From Acidobacteriota bacterium (lineage in GTDB: Bacteria; Acidobacteriota; UBA6911; RPQK01; JAJDTT01): 64,000 bases of DNA. The stretch is from NCBI GenBank assembly GCA_965209055.1, contig OZ242374.1:5856001-5920000 (forward strand), read 5' to 3'. A program made the position numbers and the translations under genes. This document shows, in pieces, positions 56,442 to 64,000 of the stretch (positions are counted from its first letter, which is position 1; each line of letters opens with the position of its first letter). A model generated the notes under the pieces. The model did not search any database and was not told the DNA's origin. It saw nothing but the letters and a program-made list of their open reading frames with translations.

Positions 56442-57146
56442 TCACAACACGAGCGCCCCTTCCACCAACATGTCGGAAACCGAGAAATTGACGCGCAACC
56501 GGCGGTAAACCGACGGGATGTTGACCTCGAAGTTGACTTCCTTCTGGTCCGGCGAGACGACCGGGACACCATCGATCCGGCGGGGAAAGACGAACTTGGC
56601 CCCCACCGCCTCCTCCCGGGGGGCAAAATAGGCGGCCAGTTCGACCCGCGGAAAGCTCTCGGTGGCCAGATACGCCCGGTCTCTCATGGTCTCCAGCGTC
56701 TGGGAATCGAAGAAACGCTTCACTCTGAGTTCCATGTTGGGGTTGTTGGACCGGAAACTGATGGTGACCACGATCCAATGGCTCACGTCCATGTTCAGGC
56801 CGGGGGCAATGCCGGCATCGAGACGGCTCTTTGCCGCCGGGGTCATCTCGTCGTAGCCGTTCTGAATCTGTTGAATGCGGGCATAGGCCCGGCGAATGGG
56901 CGGGGCCGAAAGCAGCCGCACGAAGAAGGAATTGAAGATCTCCTTCTCCCCGTGAATCCCGCTGCCGACGCCTCCTACGACCCGGGTATAGGTCTGCTTT
57001 CGGGCCCAGGGAGACCGGTTCAGAATCCGGGTGGCTTCAGCCAGCGTCCAATTGGAAAATTTTCTTTGCAGAATCTGCTGCGGGTCCGGGACGGCGGCGC
57101 CCACCGACAGGAAGAGCGACAAGATCAGACCCGTTCGCAGCAGCAA
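56442..57146 (-). CDS. Hypothetical exported protein
   Basis: Signal-like N-terminus; WTLAEATRILNRSPWAR motif; probable TTG start at 57146 after GAGGAG (track start 57173). Confidence 0.75.
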   Translation of the reverse strand: MLLRTGLILSLFLSVGAAVPDPQQILQRKFSNWTLAEATRILNRSPWARKQTYTRVVGGVGSGIHGEKEIFNSFFVRLLSAPPIRRAYARIQQIQNGYDEMTPAAKSRLDAGIAPGLNMDVSHWIVVTISFRSNNPNMELRVKRFFDSQTLETMRDRAYLATESFPRVELAAYFAPREEAVGAKFVFPRRIDGVPVVSPDQKEVNFEVNIPSVYRRLRVNFSVSDMLVEGALVL

Positions 57147-57199
57147 TGGAACTCCTCGAAAGATTCCGGCCAATCCCCTCGTTCAGGAACTCACACTCC

Positions 57200-57269
57200 G
57201 CCGGACCGCGCCTGTCACACCCGGCGACGGCTTGCAAAAATTTTAACACAGGGGACTGCGCGGTCCGGC
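57200..57269. promoter_or_regulatory. Extended -10 promoter (-) enclosed by a perfect 12-bp inverted repeat
   Basis: GCCGGACCGCGC (57200-57211) and GCGCGGTCCGGC (57258-57269) flank 46 bp containing CCCTGTGTTAAAAT on -. Confidence 0.6.
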
Positions 57270-57317
57270 TGCCCGGACGGAAAGAGAAGCGAATCACTAC
57301 GGGAGCCCGGTGCCCCG

Positions 57318-58853
57318 TCAGGTTCCCGACGAACCGATGGTTTCGGGCTTGTAGCCTCCCCGCGAGCGGAAATAGCCGATCAGGACCAGGTAGCAGGCCA
57401 GCATGACGAGGGGAAGCACGGCGATCCTGGCCAGCGTTCCCTGCTTGGAAACCACCACAACCTCGCCGACGCGCTCCCGGTTCTCCTGGTCGAGACTTCC
57501 CAGAGCGGCCTGATCCAAGGCGTTGTACCGGCCCAGAAGCCCCAGCTTCTCGGTCATGACCCGGGCATGCAGGGCCTGGTCTTCCTGTTTCATCAGGCGA
57601 TCGAACGCCTGGTCCTGAAAGGTGCCGATGAGGGGTCCGCCCAGGACCCCCACCGCCAGCATCCCGACCCCGGCGATGGCGTTCAGGGTCAAGGCCCCGC
57701 CGCGGGGAAAGGACTCGCTCACGACCCCCAGGGTCGCCGGCCAGAAGAAGGTCTTGCCCACGCCGTAGAGCGTGGCGGCCAGGAAAATCACGGAGGCGGC
57801 CTGGCCGGCGGAAGACAACCAGAAAAGGCCGGCGGCGGCGATGAGGGCCGAAACGGCCAGCAGGCCCAAGGGGGAGATTCGGTGGATGATGGGGCCCGCG
57901 AAGAAGCGGAGGACGAACATGATGAGGGACGTGTAGATCAGGACCAGGGCGCCGGCGTCGGGACTGGCCAGCACGGAACTCATCAGGTCGGCGATCCAAC
58001 TGTCGGTTCCCAGTTCGGTCGTCGCCAGGGGCATCATGATCAGCAGCAGGAAGACGAACATGGGCCGTCCCAACGAGCGGACGAAGTAGACGAACGCGGC
58101 CGTCGGCGCCACCACCAGCACCACCTTCATCCAGGGCTCGAGCGCGCTCTGGTGGACCAGCAGGATCTGGTCCAGTCCCTGCACCAGCAGATAGCAGACG
58201 ATCAGGCAGCTCGCCGCGCCGAATTCCCGGAGCATGTCCAGGTAGGGGACGCCGGCGGCCACCCGCTCCTGAACGGGAAACTTCCGGCCCAGCAACAGGA
58301 ACCCGTAAAGGACGGTGGGAATCACCACCAGGCCCACTTTCCATTGCCACAGGCTGCCGGAAAGCCCTCCCGGCGTGTCCCCCGTTCCCAGGGTCATGGC
58401 CAGGAGGCCGCCCAGGACCAGGCCTCCGGGCCAGCCGGCGTGGAGCACGCTCAGGTAGTGCGTTTTCTGCTTGTCGTAGATGGTGGCCACCACGGGATTG
58501 ATCACCGCTTCGACGATCCCGTTGGAAAGGGCGAACAGGAAGGTGCCCAAGTACAGAGTCGAGAAGTCTTCGGCGAAAATGGTGATCACGGCCGACGCCA
58601 AGTGACCCGCGAAGGCGAGCACCATGGAGACTCCGTAACCGATCCGGTCCACTACCAGACTGAAGAGAATGATGGAGATGGCGAAGGGATAGAGGCCCGC
58701 TCCCACCAGGTACCCGATCTGCTCTCCGCTGAGATTGAACTGGGCCCGCCAGTCATCCAGGATCATGGCCCGCACGACGAATCCGAACGCGGTGGCCACC
58801 AGCGCAAAGAAACATCCCAGAAACAGCCTTCGCCCACCGCTTCCATTCGACAT
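57318..58853 (-). CDS. MFS transporter (probable sugar transporter)
   Basis: VDRIGYG, NGIVEAVINP, LHAGWPGGL, ELGTDSWI, GKTFFWPATLG; multiple TMs; GAGGTGG RBS. Confidence 0.88.
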   Translation of the reverse strand: MSNGSGGRRLFLGCFFALVATAFGFVVRAMILDDWRAQFNLSGEQIGYLVGAGLYPFAISIILFSLVVDRIGYGVSMVLAFAGHLASAVITIFAEDFSTLYLGTFLFALSNGIVEAVINPVVATIYDKQKTHYLSVLHAGWPGGLVLGGLLAMTLGTGDTPGGLSGSLWQWKVGLVVIPTVLYGFLLLGRKFPVQERVAAGVPYLDMLREFGAASCLIVCYLLVQGLDQILLVHQSALEPWMKVVLVVAPTAAFVYFVRSLGRPMFVFLLLIMMPLATTELGTDSWIADLMSSVLASPDAGALVLIYTSLIMFVLRFFAGPIIHRISPLGLLAVSALIAAAGLFWLSSAGQAASVIFLAATLYGVGKTFFWPATLGVVSESFPRGGALTLNAIAGVGMLAVGVLGGPLIGTFQDQAFDRLMKQEDQALHARVMTEKLGLLGRYNALDQAALGSLDQENRERVGEVVVVSKQGTLARIAVLPLVMLACYLVLIGYFRSRGGYKPETIGSSGT

Positions 58854-58988
58854 GAATCCACCTCTCTTCTGTTGAACCGGAACCGGAGCCGGTCCCGCCG
58901 CACCCGGAAATTTTGAGGGACACCCCGCCGAGAGTCAATCGACCCGGCAAGCCACGGACAGCACCCGCTAGGGGTGCCCCAATGCGCC

Positions 58989-59011
58989 GGCGGCTGGAAA
59001 GCCGCCGCTCC
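58989..59011. repeat. REP-like palindrome
   Basis: GGCGGCTGGAAAGCCGCCGCTCC, same family as the 4367 and 40880 copies. Confidence 0.7.
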
Positions 59012-59046
59012 ACCTTGGTAGGATTTCGGCGGCAAGACCACGCGAG

Positions 59047-61515
59047 ATGGAGACCACCTGCGTCATTCTCTGCGGCGGACACGGTAGGCGCATGGGCTCC
59101 TCCCGGCACCACAAGGTCTGTTTCCCCATCGCCGGAGTCCCCGCCATCGTCCGCATCATCGACACTCTCAAGTCCGCCGGACTGAAGCATTTTCTCCTGG
59201 TCGTGGGCCAACGGGCCGTCGACGTCATGGAAACGGTGACCCGGGTCCACCCCGATGTCTCCTTCGCATACCAACCCGAAGCGCTGGGGACAGGGCACGC
59301 GGCCAGGTGCGCCGCCCGGGTCCTGCGCGACCGGCGTGCCGGCGGCGACGTCCTGATCACCATGGGAGACAAGGTCATCGAGGCCCAGGTGGTGCGGGAC
59401 CTGATGGAACGCCACCGGTCGGAAGCTGCGGACCTGACGCTCGCGGCTCTCCCCAAGGAGACGGAAAGCAGCGCCGGCCGGATCCTGCTGAACTCGGAAT
59501 CGAGACCCCTGGCCGTGGTCGAGGTGGCCGACATCCACCGCTCGTCGGAGACCGGGATCCCCATCACGGTCGCGGGAAAGGAATTGTCCGCCGCCGGGAT
59601 CGAGTCGGGAAGCCGATTGCTCAACACCTCCCTCTATCTCTTCAGAGGCGAATCCCTGCACTCCTCCCTGGCGGCCCTCGCGGCCGACAACGCCCAGCAG
59701 GAACTCTACCTGACGGACACGGTCGAGCAGGTTTCCGCCCACGGAGGCGCCACTTCGGTGCTGGAGGTGGCCGACCCACAGGATCTCATGGGGTTCAACA
59801 CCCCGGAGGAGTTGCTCCGGATCGAGGAGGCGCTGGGCCGGCGCAAGCCTCTTGGCGGGGGTCCCGCGGAGCCTCTCCCGCAGATCGACCCGAGCCGTCT
59901 GAAACCGGCCGGCGAGTGGTTGGAGATCCTGAACCGGAACCCCCCGTCCCTGCGGCGGTCTCTCTCGCAGGTATACGGCTCCGGCGGAGTCCTCCTGGAA
60001 CCGCGCATTCGCGCCTGCCGTCGCCTGGTGGAACGTTTCGTCGAGAGCCACGGCGCGGCGCGCCCCATGGTGCTGGCGCGGGCTCCGGGACGTCTCAACC
60101 TCATGGGACGGCACGTGGACCACCGGGGCGGGTACGTGAACACCATGGCCATCAACCGGGAGATCCTGTTGGCCGCCTCTCCCCGGGCAGACGACAGCGT
60201 CACTCTTCGGCACCTCTCTTCGGACGAATTTCCCGAAAGGACCTTTCGCATCCGCGATCTGTTGCCCGACACCGACTGGCTGGCCTGGATGGACTTCATC
60301 AGTTCCTACACCGTCAACCAGTTTCTCAGCGTCTCACGGGGAGATTGGAGCAACTACGCCCGGGCCGCCGTGCTGCGACTCCAGCACGCCTACCCTCACC
60401 GCAGGTTGCGGGGAATGGACTGCGTCGTCTGGGGGGACATCCCCCTGGGCGCCGGCCTCTCCAGCAGCTCGGCTCTGGTGGTGGCCATGGCGGAGGCGTC
60501 GGTGGCCCTCAATCAACTGGCTCTGAGCACACGGCAATTCGTGGATCTGTGCGGCGAGGGGGAATGGTTCGTCGGGTCCCGCGGCGGAATCGCCGACCAG
60601 GCCGCCATCCGCGGCGGGGAGAAGGACAAGGTCAGCAAGATCGGGTTCTTTCCGTTCCGGATCGAAGAGACCATCGACCTGCCCCGGGAGCTGTCGGTCA
60701 TCATCGCCAACAGCCGGACCGCCGTATCCAAGAGCCACGAGGCCCGGCACACCTTCAATCACCGGGTGGCCTGCTACGACCTCGCGGAGATGTTGCTGCG
60801 CAAGCACGCTTCCTTTCTGGGAGCCATGAAGCACCTCAGGGACCTGGACCCCGGCAAGCTGGGCCTGTCTCAGGCCGAGATCTACCGCCTGCTGAAACAG
60901 TTGCCCCAGCAGACCGGCCGCCGCGGCATTTTGAAGCAGTTGCCGGACCAGACCGAACGAGTCGGGGAGATCTTCTCGACTCACGACGACCTGGGGGAAT
61001 ATCCCCTGAGGGGGGTCGCTCTCTTCGGCGTCACCGAGTGCCGGCGCAGCGACCGGTTCTCCCGGCTCCTGAAGGACCGCCGGTTCGCCCGGATCGGAGA
61101 GATGATGCGGGTCAGCCACGACGGCGACCGCATCGTCCGGCATGACCAGGACCGGCCCCGTCCTCATTCCACCGCCTGCGGCGACCTGCAGTTGGACCGC
61201 CTGATCCGGGACTCCTTCTCCCCGGATCCCGCCAGGAGAGAGCGCGCCCGCCTCTGGATGCAGCCGGGCAGCTATGCCTGCTCCACGCCCAAAATCGATC
61301 GGATCGTGGATCTGGCCTGTGCCCAACCGGGGGTCGTGGGGGCTCAACTTTCAGGTGCGGGCCTGGGGGGCTGCGCCATGATCCTGGTCCGAAGCGCGGC
61401 GGTGGAGCGGACACTGAAACATCTGACCCGTGCCTGGCATGAAGCCCAGGGCCTGGAGGTCGATGCCTATGTCTGCCGGCCGGTGGCGGGAAGCGGACTC
61501 ATCGACTGCCGGTGA
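59047..61515 (+). CDS. Fusion of a GlmU-type nucleotidyltransferase domain and a galactokinase-like GHMP kinase
   Basis: N-terminal ILCGGHGRRM..HKV, QPEALGTGHA, DNAQQELYLTD, GFNT; C-terminal APGRLNLMGRHVDHRGG, IPLGAGLSSS, GIADQ, GAQLSGAGLGGC. Confidence 0.9.
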   Translation: METTCVILCGGHGRRMGSSRHHKVCFPIAGVPAIVRIIDTLKSAGLKHFLLVVGQRAVDVMETVTRVHPDVSFAYQPEALGTGHAARCAARVLRDRRAGGDVLITMGDKVIEAQVVRDLMERHRSEAADLTLAALPKETESSAGRILLNSESRPLAVVEVADIHRSSETGIPITVAGKELSAAGIESGSRLLNTSLYLFRGESLHSSLAALAADNAQQELYLTDTVEQVSAHGGATSVLEVADPQDLMGFNTPEELLRIEEALGRRKPLGGGPAEPLPQIDPSRLKPAGEWLEILNRNPPSLRRSLSQVYGSGGVLLEPRIRACRRLVERFVESHGAARPMVLARAPGRLNLMGRHVDHRGGYVNTMAINREILLAASPRADDSVTLRHLSSDEFPERTFRIRDLLPDTDWLAWMDFISSYTVNQFLSVSRGDWSNYARAAVLRLQHAYPHRRLRGMDCVVWGDIPLGAGLSSSSALVVAMAEASVALNQLALSTRQFVDLCGEGEWFVGSRGGIADQAAIRGGEKDKVSKIGFFPFRIEETIDLPRELSVIIANSRTAVSKSHEARHTFNHRVACYDLAEMLLRKHASFLGAMKHLRDLDPGKLGLSQAEIYRLLKQLPQQTGRRGILKQLPDQTERVGEIFSTHDDLGEYPLRGVALFGVTECRRSDRFSRLLKDRRFARIGEMMRVSHDGDRIVRHDQDRPRPHSTACGDLQLDRLIRDSFSPDPARRERARLWMQPGSYACSTPKIDRIVDLACAQPGVVGAQLSGAGLGGCAMILVRSAAVERTLKHLTRAWHEAQGLEVDAYVCRPVAGSGLIDCR

Positions 61516-61539
61516 ACGGCGGGAGGAAGACGGGAAAAC

Positions 61540-62697
61540 ATGGAACCCACCCGCTTTGAAGGACGAGACGTTCGGACCGGGCGATCCATCTCCGTGGGCG
61601 TGACGGGTGAGACCATCGCCGATGTCCGGACCGGGAATCGCGCCGGGTCCGGACCCTGGATCGCTCCGGCCCTGTTGGACATCCAGCTCAACGGCTTCGG
61701 CGGTTACGGGTTCAATGAAGCGGAGACCTCGCCGGAATCGGTGGCGAGGGTGGTCCGAAGTCAGTGGAGGGCCGGGATCGGCGCCTTCCTGCCGACCGTC
61801 ACCACCCACTCCCAGGACAGGATGCTCCATTCCCTGAGGGCCATCACGGCCGCTTGCCGGGACCCCGGCACCCGCCGCTCGATCCTGGGAATCCATGTGG
61901 AGGGTCCCCACATCTCACGGCTGGACGGCCCCAGGGGAGCCCACCCGCTGGAACATGTCCGGCTGCCCTCGTGGGACGAATTCCTCCGGATGCAGGAAGC
62001 CGCCGAAGGCGGAATCCTCCTGGTGACGCTGGCGCCGGAGCTGGAGGGGGCCATCCCCTTCATCGAACGCTTGGCGGAAGCAGGGGTCGTGGTCGCCATC
62101 GGTCACACCAACGCCTCGGCGCACGATCTGGACACCGCCATCAGGGCCGGCGCCCGTCTCTCGACCCACCTGGGAAACGGAGCCCACTCATTGCTTCCGC
62201 GGCATCCCAACTACATCTGGGAGCAACTGTCCAGAGACCGGCTCGACTGCAGCGTCATCGCCGACGGGCATCACCTCCCCGCCTCGGTTCTCAAGTGCAT
62301 TCTGCGGTGCAAGGGAGTGGAGCGCACCATCCTCATCAGCGACGCCGTCACCCCCGCCGGACTCCCCCCCGGCACCTACCCGGCGGCGGGAGGAGCGGTG
62401 GAGGTGGCCGCCAACGGCCGGATCTCCCTGGCCGGTACGCCATACCTGGCCGGGGCCGGGGCCCACTTGTGCCAGGGCGTCTCCAACCTGGTCCGCATGG
62501 GCGTGGCCTCCCGTCGGGACGCCCTTCGGATGGCGAGCCTGAATCCCGCCCGCCTCCTGGCTCGGGACGACCGGATGGGAGCCCTGGAAGCGGGAAAGCT
62601 GGCCCACCTGATTCAGTTCTCATGGACGGAGGAAGGGATCCGGGTCCATCGAACGGTACTCGGCGGTCAGGTGGTCTTCGACGACGGCGCCGTCTGA
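61540..62697 (+). CDS. nagA: N-acetylhexosamine-6-phosphate deacetylase family
   Basis: DIQLNG, GIHVEGP, GAH, TLAPE, GHT, THLGNG, IADGHH, ISDA, NPA. Confidence 0.85.
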   Translation: MEPTRFEGRDVRTGRSISVGVTGETIADVRTGNRAGSGPWIAPALLDIQLNGFGGYGFNEAETSPESVARVVRSQWRAGIGAFLPTVTTHSQDRMLHSLRAITAACRDPGTRRSILGIHVEGPHISRLDGPRGAHPLEHVRLPSWDEFLRMQEAAEGGILLVTLAPELEGAIPFIERLAEAGVVVAIGHTNASAHDLDTAIRAGARLSTHLGNGAHSLLPRHPNYIWEQLSRDRLDCSVIADGHHLPASVLKCILRCKGVERTILISDAVTPAGLPPGTYPAAGGAVEVAANGRISLAGTPYLAGAGAHLCQGVSNLVRMGVASRRDALRMASLNPARLLARDDRMGALEAGKLAHLIQFSWTEEGIRVHRTVLGGQVVFDDGAV

Positions 62698-64000
62698 GCC
62701 CCGGCGACGATCTCCAGCAGTTCCTCGCCGTAGCGGCCGATCTTCGCCGGACCCAGTCCCTTGATGCTCTCCAGCTCCGCCAGCCGGTGGGGCCGGGCGG
62801 CGGCCAGAAGCTTCAAGGTGGCGTCGTGAAGCACGGTGTAGGGGGGAATCCGAGCCTCGCGCGCCCGGTTCGTCCTCCACGTTCTCAGTTCCTCGAAAAG
62901 GGCTTCATCGTAGGTCAGGTCGTCGGTCACGGGCGCCGCCGCCCGGGCCTTGGGCTTGGCCCGCTTTCGGGGCGGGACAGGCCAGGAGAGCTCCACCGGG
63001 TCCTGGCGCAACATGACGCGTCGGCCCCGGGGCGTGATGGAGACCACGGGGTACTCACCGGAAGAGACGCGGACGCACCCGTCCCGAATCAGCTCCTCCA
63101 TGATGGCCCGCAGGTAGGTTTGCCCGTGGCTCTTGAGCAGACCGTGGGTCGAGAGCCGGTCAAGACCGCGGTCCATGATCTCCTGCGCTTTCGATCCCCT
63201 CAGCACCTGGAGCACCTTGGCCAGTCCGAACCGGCCCTGCATGCGGGCCACGCAGCTCAGGGCCTTCTGCAGAACGACCCACTCCTCTTCCGTCGGTTCC
63301 CGGATCTCACCCGTCGAGAAGCGGCGGCAACGATCGCAGTTGTCGCACTCGGCGGCCGCCTCCCGGTCGCCGAAGTAGCCCAGGATGTAGCCGTGCCGGC
63401 AGCGCGTCGAATTGACGTAGCCGAGGATGTCCCTCAATTTCCTCCGGTCGCGGCGGCGCTTCTCCACCAGATAGGAGGCCTCCCGGTCCAGGCGGACACG
63501 GCCGGCGTCCTGCAACAGGGAGATGGCGATCTGCCCACCCGGGGCCGGCTCCTGCCGGATCAGCTCGCTCCGCTCCAGCAGGGAGAAGAGGGTCCGAATC
63601 GACAAGTCGCTGGCTTCAGACGAGATTTCCCGGGTCCATGCCGTGAACGGCTGGACTCGCGGTTCCTCCCGGGAACAGGTTCTCCGCAGCACTCTCCAGG
63701 TCCGCTCCAGGAGCAAGGGCTCCGGATTGGCGGCATCCAGAAAAAACTCCTGGGTCCGCACGTCGGCGTAGTTGTAGAGAAGCTCGCAAAGCGCCGGCGA
63801 CCCGTCCCGGCCGGCCCGTCCGATCTCCTGGTAGTAGGCTTCGACGCTGCCCGGCAGGTCCCAATGCACCACGAAGCGAAGATCGGTCCGGTCCACGCCC
63901 ATGCCGAACGCGTTGGTGGCCACCACGACCGGAACGTCCTTCCCCATGAACCGATCCTGGACCGCCTGGCGCTCCTGGTCCGGCAAGCCCGCGTGATAGA
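62667..64000 (-). CDS. recQ: RecQ family DNA helicase (3' part; 5' end beyond window)
   Basis: VVVATNAFGMGVD, YYQEIGRAGRDG, Zn site CRH...CDNCDRC, RQC (GRFG...LSTHGLL) and HRDC (LFEELRTWR...KIGRYGE). Confidence 0.93.
   Translation of the reverse strand, partial: YHAGLPDQERQAVQDRFMGKDVPVVVATNAFGMGVDRTDLRFVVHWDLPGSVEAYYQEIGRAGRDGSPALCELLYNYADVRTQEFFLDAANPEPLLLERTWRVLRRTCSREEPRVQPFTAWTREISSEASDLSIRTLFSLLERSELIRQEPAPGGQIAISLLQDAGRVRLDREASYLVEKRRRDRRKLRDILGYVNSTRCRHGYILGYFGDREAAAECDNCDRCRRFSTGEIREPTEEEWVVLQKALSCVARMQGRFGLAKVLQVLRGSKAQEIMDRGLDRLSTHGLLKSHGQTYLRAIMEELIRDGCVRVSSGEYPVVSITPRGRRVMLRQDPVELSWPVPPRKRAKPKARAAAPVTDDLTYDEALFEELRTWRTNRAREARIPPYTVLHDATLKLLAAARPHRLAELESIKGLGPAKIGRYGEELLEIVAGAQTAPSSKTT

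Noticed and set aside
56436-58916. 826-aa + strand ORF, and similar long ORFs at 25370, 28250, 32306, 42295, 44114, 58753 and 59307
   Set aside because: Antisense or off-frame shadows of well-supported genes; low-complexity R/G/P or V/D/H composition with no recognisable domains.
62667-62697. 31-bp convergent overlap of nagA and recQ 3' ends
   Set aside because: Short tail-to-tail overlaps are common in compact GC-rich genomes, and both proteins look complete.

Overview
A high-GC (about 65% by eye), gene-dense bacterial chromosome segment with about 58 protein-coding genes. I found no rRNA, tRNA, CRISPR array, transposase or integrase. The Oar-type TonB barrel, the PD40 Ser/Thr kinase and the Planctomycete-like exported hydrolases suggest Acidobacteriota or a similar lineage (inference). 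Housekeeping genes are the divergent pyrR-pyrB-pyrC and pyrK-pyrD clusters, recG-rsmD-coaD-M23, ribA, ubiX, aguB-aguA, ilvB, pcm and recQ (partial). Accessory content includes exported hydrolases, a FitA/VapC toxin-antitoxin islet, an NTT-type nucleotide carrier, a BNR sialidase-like enzyme, an SSS symporter, an FHA-GAF-PP2C plus kinase pair, and a CoxMSL-type Mo-hydroxylase operon with MoaD, TMEM220 and TMEM14 genes. The strongest candidates for undescribed biology are: (1) a GlmU-uridyltransferase::GHMP-kinase fusion whose sugar-binding motif looks uronate-adapted, clustered with nagA and an MFS transporter; (2) a TonB-type barrel lacking most of its plug, co-transcribed with an unknown secreted protein from a promoter enclosed by a perfect 12-bp inverted repeat; (3) a 62-bp direct repeat preceding each accessory gene unit in the TA islet; (4) an in-frame amber codon splitting the SSS gene. 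A dispersed REP-like palindrome family and several probable leaderless genes are also present. Start codons were adjusted from the ORF track where RBS, promoter or homology cues indicated; many long high-GC antisense ORFs are rejected as shadows.
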